IMG/VR virus record: IMGVR_UViG_3300017914_001352
Location: 1 to 57,283 of that record
DNA: 57,283 bases
Direction: 5' to 3' (one strand)
Source of the DNA: a virus
Lineage: Duplodnaviria > Caudoviricetes
The notes below the pieces were generated by a model. That model was not told the origin of the DNA. It worked only from the letters and a program-made list of their open reading frames with translations, and did no database searches. Shown piece after piece: positions 1 to 7,922 of the stretch. Position 1 is the stretch's first letter; every line of letters begins with the position of its first letter. The position numbers were made by a program, and so were the translations under genes.

Positions 1-144
1 CCTTTATCGCCTCCTGTTACGGAACCGCCATCTTCATACTTTGCGAGTTCTGCTTTCATAGCATCACGCATCTCTTTGTTTTTAGCAAGACCTGTGATCA
101 GCGCACCTGCTTCGGCATACATCCCATCAGACGATCCGCCTTTC
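1..144. repeat. Imperfect terminal repeat / circular overlap, left copy (matches 57140-57283)
   Basis: Direct alignment of cctttatcgcctcctgttacggaaccgcc...gacgatccgcctttc with the last 144 nt: ungapped, about 16 mismatches by eye. Confidence 0.9.
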
Positions 145-605
145 CCATACTTTACTTTCATAGTTACTCCTCCGTTTTCAAATCTTTTATTACGTTTTCC
201 TTTTTTCTTTTCTCTTGCCGCAGCCTCTTCTCTCATGCGTTGGATATCCGGGTCATCGTCAAATGGATCAGAATCACCAAATGGACTAGAGCCAAACTCA
301 CTTCCAAATGAATCCATTAGACTTGGTGCTTTTACTTCCGCTAACGATGGGTCTACCGAATAAGAATCCATAGCCTCGTTACTCTTATGAGCATCTGCTT
401 TTAAAAACTTCTCAACTTGCTCTGCTCTTTGAAATAAGTCTAGGTTTGGAAACTGCTTTTCTAAATACTCATCGAAGGCAATTAAGCGATCAGCCTCTTC
501 ACCTACGAAATACATATTACCTATGTTATATTTAGACTTACTATCTGGTGAAGTCTGTGGTGGATCGACTGGGCTTTTACCTCCCTTATTGTACTTAACT
601 TTCAT
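1..605 (-). CDS. 5' part of a junction-spanning late protein (MKVKYNKGG...), continuing at 57139-56650; carries several Y/F-x-x-GG motifs; probable virion cargo protein
   Basis: Translated by hand: open from ATG at 605 to the window edge; ends ...KEMRDAMKAELAKYEDGGSVTGGDK, matching the start of ORF 56650..57210. Not in the ORF track because it lacks a stop in the window. Confidence 0.8.
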   Translation of the reverse strand, partial: MKVKYNKGGKSPVDPPQTSPDSKSKYNIGNMYFVGEEADRLIAFDEYLEKQFPNLDLFQRAEQVEKFLKADAHKSNEAMDSYSVDPSLAEVKAPSLMDSFGSEFGSSPFGDSDPFDDDPDIQRMREEAAAREKKKGKRNKRFENGGVTMKVKYGKGGSSDGMYAEAGALITGLAKNKEMRDAMKAELAKYEDGGSVTGGDK

Positions 606-625
606 TCTGTAAAAATAAGACTTTT

Positions 626-1015
626 CTACTTACGATATCGAGCGGTCTTTTTTGCTATGGATTTAGGTTGCTTCACAAACTGCTTACCTTTTTTATTGCC
701 TCTTGCTTTGGCTGCGTTCGTAGCTCGTTTTTCACTTGCCGTAAGATTTCTCCATGCTTTAGCAGGTAGGTATCTCTTTTTACCTTTACTTGGCTTACCA
801 TCGCTTGTTGTCCATTTTTGCTTTGTCCACTTTGCAAGTTTATTTTTACTTGACTTCTTACCCTTATATCCACCCCCGGCTTTCTTGTATGCAGCGACAG
901 CGAGTTGAGCTTTACGAGCCGACCATTGTCCCGATCTTCCACCTTTGCTTCCCGCCTTGATACGAGCAACAATTCTCTTCCAAAGTTTAGGGTTTTTCTT
1001 TTTTGAGGTAGCCAT
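626..1015 (-). CDS. Small highly basic protein, DUF5872-like
   Basis: LWKRIVARIKAGSKGG...GQWSARKAQL...KWTKQKW...RYLPAKAW motifs typical of this phage family; promoter immediately upstream. Confidence 0.7.
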   Translation of the reverse strand: MATSKKKNPKLWKRIVARIKAGSKGGRSGQWSARKAQLAVAAYKKAGGGYKGKKSSKNKLAKWTKQKWTTSDGKPSKGKKRYLPAKAWRNLTASEKRATNAAKARGNKKGKQFVKQPKSIAKKTARYRK

Positions 1016-1019
1016 AGCA

Positions 1020-1027
1020 CAAAGATA
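1020..1027 (-). promoter_or_regulatory. Bacteroidota -7 promoter element TATCTTTG, 4 nt before the ATG
   Basis: Matches the TAnnTTTG consensus. Confidence 0.7.
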
Positions 1028-1056
1028 AAAAATAAAACCGCCCCTAATGGAGCGGT
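1026..1056 (-). terminator. Intrinsic terminator
   Basis: ACCGCTCC-ATTA-GGGGCGGT hairpin followed by a T-tract on the minus strand. Confidence 0.65.
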
Positions 1057-1062
1057 CTATTT

Positions 1063-1236
1063 CTACGAGTGTTTTGTAATTACTTTGAAAGGCATTTCTA
1101 AAGATGCCCCTTCATGAGGTGTGAATTTACCTTCATGAGGCATAAGGTAGTAGCGACCTCTCTGATCCATCCAATGGTAACCACTTGGGGCTTTTACCAT
1201 TACTTCCTTTTTTCCTTTTTTTCTTTTTACTTTCAT
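1063..1236 (-). CDS. Small basic hypothetical protein (likely start MKVKRKKGKK)
   Basis: ORF track 1063..1254; internal ATG preferred; KAPSGYHWM motif. Confidence 0.6.
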   Translation of the reverse strand: MKVKRKKGKKEVMVKAPSGYHWMDQRGRYYLMPHEGKFTPHEGASLEMPFKVITKHS

Positions 1237-1287
1237 AGCACTTACAGTTTCCACAAGGGCATTCGACAGGTTCTACTTCACACCATG

Positions 1288-1395
1288 TCATGAGCCACAC
1301 GCTTCACATTCCTCTGGGTTTGAAATGTTGCATGTTGGCTGATCCGCCGTTTCTAATTCGTTTACCCAAGAGGCAAAAGAGTCTTGTCCTTGCAT
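1288..1395 (-). CDS. 35-aa peptide MQGQDSFASWVNELETADQPTCNISNPEECEACGS, resembling the C-terminal redox tail of class I ribonucleotide reductase alpha
   Basis: Hand translation; own TATCTTTG promoter at 1398-1405; C-x7-CxxC-GS end. Confidence 0.65.
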   Translation of the reverse strand: MQGQDSFASWVNELETADQPTCNISNPEECEACGS

Positions 1396-1435
1396 TACAA
1401 AGATAGTTTAAATGGTTAAAAAAATGTTGAGGTAA

Positions 1436-1618
1436 CTACTTGCCCTTCAAGGCATCTATAACATCATCGGCTTCATCCACAGCCTTCTTTACACGAGACT
1501 GCGCTTCATTCATTGCTGCTATAACTTTTTCATCGGCTTCGGTGTAGCCAAACCAATAAGCCCAAAATCTTTTATGTGTCTCCTTAATCCAGAGCCAAAA
1601 TACTTTTAAGTGTTTCAT
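1436..1618 (-). CDS. Small hypothetical protein with aromatic amphipathic N-terminus
   Basis: ORF track; tightly packed after 1621..2730. Confidence 0.6.
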   Translation of the reverse strand: MKHLKVFWLWIKETHKRFWAYWFGYTEADEKVIAAMNEAQSRVKKAVDEADDVIDALKGK

Positions 1619-1620
1619 TG

Positions 1621-2730
1621 TTATCTAAATTGATAATTAAGTCCGCATTTTATTGAGTATAGTTCTCTATCCCAATACTTCATGTATTCACCTTCTACAA
1701 AGACTCCCCAATGTAGTCCTACCTTATATCCTAAAACAGCACCTGCGCTATAATCAATCCACTGCCCATCAATCCAATGGTTAGTTTCTTCTAGATTATC
1801 CGCAAACTGCTCATAAGAAAACATGTGGTCTCCATAAACATGTTTGTGGTAAGGCAACACATTGGTCCAGGAATGAATCCAAAAGTCTTCTGTGTAGTGG
1901 TAATAATCCACGCCAAAGATAGCAGATAATGAGGCAAGAAAACCGACCTCATCAAGACGGGCTTTGTTATAGTCATTAACAATGTCTCCGTAGATGTATC
2001 GTCTAAAATCAGCATCGGTGTCGGCAACTTTTTCTCCGTACATATCACACCAAAACCAATCATATCTATCCATCTCACCATCTAAATCGACATCAATAGA
2101 ATATGCAATATCATCGTATCCGTATTCGTATGCTAAATCCCACCACGCTTTATCTTGGAGATACTCGGCGATCGGGTTGTATCCGTATGGGCGGTGTTGA
2201 CGTACGGCAGCACCTGCACTAAAATCAAGTTCTCCAATGTGGATTCTTAAACGAGTGTCTACTTGAGTGTAGTCTAGGTTGACAAGACCTTGGTTGTAAA
2301 ACTCTCCTTTTACCATCCAATGCTTGGAAAGGTATCTTAAGAAGTATCGTTGATTAATATACTCTCTACCTTGTTGACGACCCTCATCATATTGGGCTAA
2401 ATACTCAAATCCATTGACCGATCCGACTGTTGAGCTAGTAGAGGTGTTGGATTGATTGTGACCATCGTAAAATCTATTTTGACGATTCTCGTAATCAAAT
2501 CTCGCTACCCTGCGGATACCAATAGTCGCACGATAATCAAAAGGGTTGTCTATGGTTACATCTTGTAACTCCCCTAGTTGCGTTACAAAGTATTCCGTTT
2601 GTGCTTCCATAGGAGAAGCAGCCATAGCACTAGTATATACTGTACTATACTTAAAGAAGTCCTTGACTATGTTTTGACTAAAAACAGGAAAGGATATAAT
2701 GAAAAATGTAAGTAGTAAAGTTCTTTTCAT
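1621..2730 (-). CDS. Secreted protein, probable outer-membrane beta-barrel
   Basis: N-terminal signal peptide (MKRTLLLTFFIISFPVFSQ), alternating aromatic strands, C-terminal beta-signal-like GLNYQFR. Confidence 0.65.
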   Translation of the reverse strand: MKRTLLLTFFIISFPVFSQNIVKDFFKYSTVYTSAMAASPMEAQTEYFVTQLGELQDVTIDNPFDYRATIGIRRVARFDYENRQNRFYDGHNQSNTSTSSTVGSVNGFEYLAQYDEGRQQGREYINQRYFLRYLSKHWMVKGEFYNQGLVNLDYTQVDTRLRIHIGELDFSAGAAVRQHRPYGYNPIAEYLQDKAWWDLAYEYGYDDIAYSIDVDLDGEMDRYDWFWCDMYGEKVADTDADFRRYIYGDIVNDYNKARLDEVGFLASLSAIFGVDYYHYTEDFWIHSWTNVLPYHKHVYGDHMFSYEQFADNLEETNHWIDGQWIDYSAGAVLGYKVGLHWGVFVEGEYMKYWDRELYSIKCGLNYQFR

Positions 2731-2731
2731 G

Positions 2732-3088
2732 TTACCATTTATTTGCCCCGGTCAACTTATCTACTTCTTCTTGTAGTTCCGAGTAGTGCATATCTAACTT
2801 CATTTTAAGTCCTGCCTCCCAACGCTTAAACTCTTTACCATTGTTATAAAGAATAATCGTAGGCACTGATCTAATGCCTTGAGCTTGTTTTAATTCAGGC
2901 TCTTTGTCTATCCAAGCAGTAAATACCTTGCAGTCTTTTACTCGTGCTACATCAACATAATTATTGGTAGCGTTGAACTCGGCATTGTAATGTACCATCA
3001 CAACTCCTTTTACTTTGATGCTCTCTTCTTTAGTATTAGCCGAAGAGGGTATTAGGAGCAGTATTGTGGCTAGGACTAGGTGTTTCAT
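2732..3088 (-). CDS. Secreted thioredoxin-fold protein lacking CxxC
   Basis: Signal peptide; VMVHYNAEFN in place of WCxxC; cis-Pro loop IRSVPTIILYNNGKEFKR. Confidence 0.7.
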   Translation of the reverse strand: MKHLVLATILLLIPSSANTKEESIKVKGVVMVHYNAEFNATNNYVDVARVKDCKVFTAWIDKEPELKQAQGIRSVPTIILYNNGKEFKRWEAGLKMKLDMHYSELQEEVDKLTGANKW

Positions 3089-3363
3089 TTCATTTCAAAT
3101 AAGCGTTCTTCTATTTTGTCTAATTGCTTTTTGATATCTTCAACATCCTCTTGAGTATTCATGATGGTCTCACGAACAAGCTCATCTTTTAGGTCGTATT
3201 CTGTTCGGCTAATCACAGGTTCTGGCAAGGCTTTTGCCTCTTCGATTCCTGCTTGAAGATCGAAGTAGCCAATAGTAACAGCCCCAACCACTGCCGCAAA
3301 TGCGCCAATAGTTTTTAGGGATAGACCTACTACTGTGTTTTCTGATATCTCTTTTGGTGTCAT
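3085..3363 (-). CDS. Single-pass membrane protein with C-terminal coiled coil
   Basis: Hydrophobic segment aa ~12-34, heptad C-terminus; ATGA overlap with the next gene. Confidence 0.65.
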   Translation of the reverse strand: MTPKEISENTVVGLSLKTIGAFAAVVGAVTIGYFDLQAGIEEAKALPEPVISRTEYDLKDELVRETIMNTQEDVEDIKKQLDKIEERLFEMK

Positions 3364-3368
3364 TCCAA

Positions 3369-4259
3369 TTAGTTTTGTTTTGTTAGTTTTTTATCATAAA
3401 CATCCATTCGAGCATCCCAATTTTTCTTACGGGCTTCTATATCAGATTCTTTGCCTGCCCAATGGTATTTTGCCCAATAGTCAAACAATGACATATCGCC
3501 TTGTAGATACTTGCCTAGATCAGCCTTTGGATGCGCTAGTTGATTCATAAGGAACAAATACTTTTGTTGCTCCATGTCTACCTTACTAGCATCAAATGAC
3601 TTTTGAGGATACGCCTCTTTAATCCAAGAGGGGGTGTCGTACTCGGCAAGTTCGGGGAAAGATGTTTGTTTACCCTCCGTTATATTATAGGCACGATTTA
3701 CGGCAATGATTCCACCACCGCCTTGTTGAGATTCAAATTGAAATGCACCGCTACCCGGTCCACCACCTACTTGTTTTTTCTTGGGGTCACCACCGCTCTC
3801 GTGATAGATGATTCTATTCATCATGTCTTCGAGTTGCTCCGTAGTACCTCCCTTTTTCATTGCTACATATTCGAGCAGTTCTTGGTAGGTCAACTCTTTC
3901 CCTGGAGGCGGAACCGCTCCACCCTCTTCGTACTTCTTAACCTTTTGTGATTTTGGTGGTTTTTTCTTGCTACCACTAGGTCCAGCCCAAAAGAGTTTGT
4001 TTGCCCAATAGGCAGCACTCATTTTGCCTTTCTTGATATTCTTACCATGGCGAGCTTTGAAAGATTTACGAGCCGCAGCGGAATAATTGTGACCCATCTT
4101 CTGATCACCAAATCGTATGATACGAATCTTGTTACCTTCTTTAGCCAACACCATACCCTTCTTTGTAGGGTGGTTCGGTGTACGCTTTGGCTTGTTTACT
4201 CCTTTAAGACCATGCTTTTTTAGGAGTCTCTTGATTCTTTCTCTCAACTTACTGTCCAT
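3369..4259 (-). CDS. Basic N-terminal domain fused to a lysozyme/lytic transglycosylase-like domain
   Basis: N-half IRFGDQKMG...SFKARH...SAAYWA basic phage domain; C-half IIYHESGG...GSGAFQF SLT-like catalytic motif; KYEEGG at the junction. Confidence 0.6.
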   Translation of the reverse strand: MDSKLRERIKRLLKKHGLKGVNKPKRTPNHPTKKGMVLAKEGNKIRIIRFGDQKMGHNYSAAARKSFKARHGKNIKKGKMSAAYWANKLFWAGPSGSKKKPPKSQKVKKYEEGGAVPPPGKELTYQELLEYVAMKKGGTTEQLEDMMNRIIYHESGGDPKKKQVGGGPGSGAFQFESQQGGGGIIAVNRAYNITEGKQTSFPELAEYDTPSWIKEAYPQKSFDASKVDMEQQKYLFLMNQLAHPKADLGKYLQGDMSLFDYWAKYHWAGKESDIEARKKNWDARMDVYDKKLTKQN

Positions 4260-4270
4260 TCAACAAAGAT

Positions 4271-4300
4271 AAAAAGAAAGGGGTCACAAAATGCGACCCC
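4271..4300 (-). terminator. Intrinsic terminator abutting TATCTTTG promoter (4264-4271)
   Basis: GGGGTCGC-ATTTT-GTGACCCC hairpin plus T-tract. Confidence 0.7.
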
Positions 4301-4336
4301 TCACTAACCAACTAAATCCTCATTGTCATGAGAATG

Positions 4337-4588
4337 CTACTCTTCCACAATGTTCCCATTTGAAAGATCGACCTTTACATTGTCTCCGTATTTCTCTTGA
4401 AGTTTATTACGAAGAGTAGTAATCTTGCCGTTTATTTTTTCCATCTCATCCATTGCTTTGTACAAAGACTTTTGATATGTAGCAATGTTGATTGAGACTT
4501 GCGTTATGTTTTTTTCTATTTCTGCTTTTTGAGAAAACGACTTCTGTAGGTTTTCTAAAAGGCTCTTGGTGATTTTCTTGGTCGCCAT
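4337..4588 (-). CDS. Small coiled-coil protein (possible tail/fibre chaperone)
   Basis: Heptads, C-terminal LQEKYGDNVKVDLSNGNI; TATATTTG promoter at 4606-4613. Confidence 0.6.
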   Translation of the reverse strand: MATKKITKSLLENLQKSFSQKAEIEKNITQVSINIATYQKSLYKAMDEMEKINGKITTLRNKLQEKYGDNVKVDLSNGNIVEE

Positions 4589-4616
4589 AATTTAATTTAA
4601 TTAGTCAAATATAATA

Positions 4617-6854
4617 TTATCTAGGGAACCTACAAAAGGAAACGATTATATATCGCTCCCCTTTGTGGACAGGTCTTCCCCCATGTTTGTGGCTAATAGC
4701 ACCTGGGTGTAGCGAGATGTGTCCTGTGATTCCTTTGTGTAATGCTTTTTGTCGTAAAAAATATGTACCCCCACCAGTATATTCTTCGTTTAACGCTAAC
4801 ACATACGAGAGATCAGAATAGTCATGGTGGAGGCTTAAGTGTCCTTGCTTTTCTTCGGTGTACTTAATCATGAAGTTTTCACTCTCAAGGCTTCTCCAAT
4901 TCTTACCTTCAAGCCCCCACATATGTATAGCACACTCATCTGCGTACTCCTTTAACACCCTGGCATACAGTTCATTAAGCCCTATCTTTTCAAGTAATAC
5001 ATCAATAGTAGGATAGTAGTCGTGACGATCCGTTTCCCACTGATCCATTTCATTTGCGTATTCTATAACACGCTTACAAAAGTCTTCATTGAATAATGGG
5101 AATGTAAATACATTAATGATGGGTTCATCAACGATTAAGTCCCATTCTTTGGTTAAGGCTTCATAAGAAAGCCATCTTTGTTTCCACGCATCCCAATCAC
5201 TACCATCCAAAAGGTAGTCTATGGGTTCTCCAACAAATGGTGTGTTCTCCGTTTTAGAAGATACTTGAGTGCTTGTTTGAGTTACAATATCTTGTTTGTA
5301 GGCAAGAGCATTAATATCTCTCCATATAAAGTTTAGGTCTTTTCTTGGATGATTAGAATAGGTTGCTGCAAGGTATTCGTCCCAAGGCATGATATAATTT
5401 TCGGGTTGCCCTTGCAATATCTTTTCTATTCCCGATCTACGATATAGAATTGCATGAGTACAATATCCGTATCCAGGAACAACAAACTGCTCATTAACAA
5501 CTTCTTGGTCATCCGTCATGGGATTTCTTCCTAGGAATAAAATATCCCAAGGGTGATCGGGCAGTTGCTCTAGTTGTAGAGGATTGATAGGCTTAAAGTC
5601 CTCTTCTAAAATCAACACATAATCTTCACCATAATCATAGGCTTGTTTTAGCACAGAGATATGAGACAACATACAACCTACCTCTCCTTCCTTGAGTGGT
5701 CTATTGTACCATGTGTTTTCACTGTCGATCTTCCAGTCAAACAACTTGTAATCAAAGGTTGGCTTTTCTTCTTTATTGTCTATGGCTCTAACTAGGGAAG
5801 TTTCACAATCTATAATCTCTTTAGCCTTGTTGGAAAAATCAGGCATGTAATCAAGACTAATTACATAAGAACTAACCCTTGGTATGGTATAATCTAAAAC
5901 CTTGTTCCACTCACTTTTTACTATAGACCAATCTCTTGACGAGACATATTTCATCGCCTCTTCTTCATTCCACCAATACGCACCAGTTTCATATTCTTCA
6001 CGAGTAATGTAAAAGGATTGTAGTGTTTCCTTAAGACCCGCTATTGGATTGTCAATAATAGGAATGACACCATGACCCAACATCTCTAGAGCGGTTATAC
6101 AATATGTTTCGTTGTATTGTGTTGGATAGTACCAATAACGAGCTTTAGACATCTCGTAGTACAATTGAGATTGTGGTAGGCTTCCTAGGTACTCAAACTT
6201 ATTTCTATCAAAGTTTTTCTCTAGATATTCTACTCCGTATTGAGGTGTAGCAACTCGGAGAGGATAGCCTGTAGAATCTACAAGCCCATCTTCTAACACA
6301 GTCTTAAGACCACGCTCGGCATGTGAGGTGTATATAAAAGCATTTTCTTTATCCTCCGATGGGTAGAAGTTTTTAGTCCTTACCCCATTACCAATAACGT
6401 ATTTACTTTGATCGGGACGAATCTTATATCTAGAGCAGAAGTCATCGTGATGCCAGTTGGTTAAGAAGACAAAGCCATCGATACGATTAAGTATAGACTT
6501 GGGCAGTTCTTCTCCCCTCCACCACCAATGTGGTTCGGTATTGTGCGCCCAGTAAACATATTTATTTACTCGACAACCTTCAAAGTCAACAAGGAAGTTT
6601 ACATAACTAACTCCGATTAGTACATCTATGTCCATAGCCTTGACATCATTGTACATCTCGTGGTTCATGTTTATGTACTCTACTGATCCGTAGACACCAT
6701 TTTCTACATCACCAACTACATATACATTATGTAAGAAAGAGAGTTCTTGGGCGAGGTACATAACGCACTGCTCCGTTCCGCCAAGACCTGTAAGATCGAT
6801 TGATTTTGGACTCCAATCACTTTTGGAGTATCCAACATGGAAGACAATATTCAA
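4617..6854 (-). CDS. Trifunctional GT4-like glycosyltransferase / GT25 glycosyltransferase / PLOD-like 2OG-Fe(II) lysyl hydroxylase
   Basis: GT-B motifs GLGGTE, YTSHAERGL, ETYCITALEM; GT25 motif GEVGCMLSH...VLILEEDF; 2OG oxygenase HHD...GGGTYF...LHPG..SHKHGG...RYIIVSF; TTG start. Confidence 0.85.
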   Translation of the reverse strand: MNIVFHVGYSKSDWSPKSIDLTGLGGTEQCVMYLAQELSFLHNVYVVGDVENGVYGSVEYINMNHEMYNDVKAMDIDVLIGVSYVNFLVDFEGCRVNKYVYWAHNTEPHWWWRGEELPKSILNRIDGFVFLTNWHHDDFCSRYKIRPDQSKYVIGNGVRTKNFYPSEDKENAFIYTSHAERGLKTVLEDGLVDSTGYPLRVATPQYGVEYLEKNFDRNKFEYLGSLPQSQLYYEMSKARYWYYPTQYNETYCITALEMLGHGVIPIIDNPIAGLKETLQSFYITREEYETGAYWWNEEEAMKYVSSRDWSIVKSEWNKVLDYTIPRVSSYVISLDYMPDFSNKAKEIIDCETSLVRAIDNKEEKPTFDYKLFDWKIDSENTWYNRPLKEGEVGCMLSHISVLKQAYDYGEDYVLILEEDFKPINPLQLEQLPDHPWDILFLGRNPMTDDQEVVNEQFVVPGYGYCTHAILYRRSGIEKILQGQPENYIMPWDEYLAATYSNHPRKDLNFIWRDINALAYKQDIVTQTSTQVSSKTENTPFVGEPIDYLLDGSDWDAWKQRWLSYEALTKEWDLIVDEPIINVFTFPLFNEDFCKRVIEYANEMDQWETDRHDYYPTIDVLLEKIGLNELYARVLKEYADECAIHMWGLEGKNWRSLESENFMIKYTEEKQGHLSLHHDYSDLSYVLALNEEYTGGGTYFLRQKALHKGITGHISLHPGAISHKHGGRPVHKGERYIIVSFCRFPR

Positions 6855-6889
6855 ATGACAATAAATTTAATTGTCACTAATTTAGAATA

Positions 6890-7021
6890 TTATTGTGAAT
6901 TTTCCTCTATAAACTGATCACATTCCTCTTCCGTTCCAAAGAAAACGGGTATAGCATAACGATACCAAACCTCCCAAACTACACCTTGTTCGTCATATCT
7001 ATCTTTAGTCCAATCACTCAT
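6890..7021 (-). CDS. 43-aa hypothetical protein MSDWTKDRYDEQGVVWEVWY...EEECDQFIEENSQ
   Basis: Hand translation; fills the gap between 7023 and 6854 in operon orientation. Confidence 0.55.
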   Translation of the reverse strand: MSDWTKDRYDEQGVVWEVWYRYAIPVFFGTEEECDQFIEENSQ

Positions 7022-7022
7022 G

Positions 7023-7922
7023 CTACAAATTTGTTAGGGTTCCACTCGAAGCATATCTTGTCCAATTTCCTTGAGAGTCTACGGGTGTTGATGCCTCTGC
7101 TCGATCTTCTAATAGTAGACTACTTGTGACTCCGTCTTTAAAACTATTTACAGGTGTACCTGAATTATATATCGAAGAAACTTCGGAAGAAGACAAAACC
7201 TTTCCATAAAGTCTCATATGGTCATAGCCCGAGTCATCACCCGTACCATTATTAAAATCATTTCCCCAAGTGATTTCAGTGTAGTTAAAATTAGAACGAC
7301 TCCCATTGTTATTGTTTGCTTGTGTAGTTAACTCTGATCCATTCCAATACATCTTAAACGCAGAAGTTGCAGTAGATTGAGAACCATCGTAAGTAATCAC
7401 TATATGACAAAAATTGTCTGAATTGACGTTTCCTCGCTGGGATGTCACAAGACCTGTTGAGGAGTTGGTTATGCCCGTAATAGAACTATTGTCGTGTAAC
7501 GCCCAGTGTCTATCAAAATTAATAGAGCTTGAACGATACCTTGCTATAAATCGATTGATATTAGCAGAGTAAACCAAGAACAAACGATTAGCATTGGTAG
7601 TCGCACCTTGAGGATATAGGTCAAAAAACAATAGATTGTCTTTTGAACTTCGGTCTATTCTAAACCAAAAACTAAAAGATATATCGGCAGAAGAACCGCT
7701 GATGCCCGGAGAACTATCACGCCAAACAATACGATCGTTTGACCCAGCGTAATCCCAAAATTTCTCACTAGACGAAGAGTATCCATAGAATTCTGAAACA
7801 CCATGTGGTTCAGTGAAGTCTACGAGATCAGAAAGAGTTCTTAAAGATATATCTTCATCTGCTTGACCTAATTCTTGAGATATCTGCTGAAGACTAATAC
7901 TTCCGCTTTTTTGTAAAGCCAT
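7023..7922 (-). CDS. Tail fibre tip / receptor-binding protein with LamG (ConA-like lectin) domain
   Basis: N-terminal MALQKSGSISLQQISQELG fibre-adaptor motif; SFSFWFR, HIVITYDGS, KMYWNG, LYGKVLSSSEVSSIYNSG LamG signatures. Confidence 0.75.
   Translation of the reverse strand: MALQKSGSISLQQISQELGQADEDISLRTLSDLVDFTEPHGVSEFYGYSSSSEKFWDYAGSNDRIVWRDSSPGISGSSADISFSFWFRIDRSSKDNLLFFDLYPQGATTNANRLFLVYSANINRFIARYRSSSINFDRHWALHDNSSITGITNSSTGLVTSQRGNVNSDNFCHIVITYDGSQSTATSAFKMYWNGSELTTQANNNNGSRSNFNYTEITWGNDFNNGTGDDSGYDHMRLYGKVLSSSEVSSIYNSGTPVNSFKDGVTSSLLLEDRAEASTPVDSQGNWTRYASSGTLTNL

Noticed and set aside
76-363. Plus-strand 95-aa ORF
   Set aside because: Antisense to the junction-spanning minus-strand gene starting at 605
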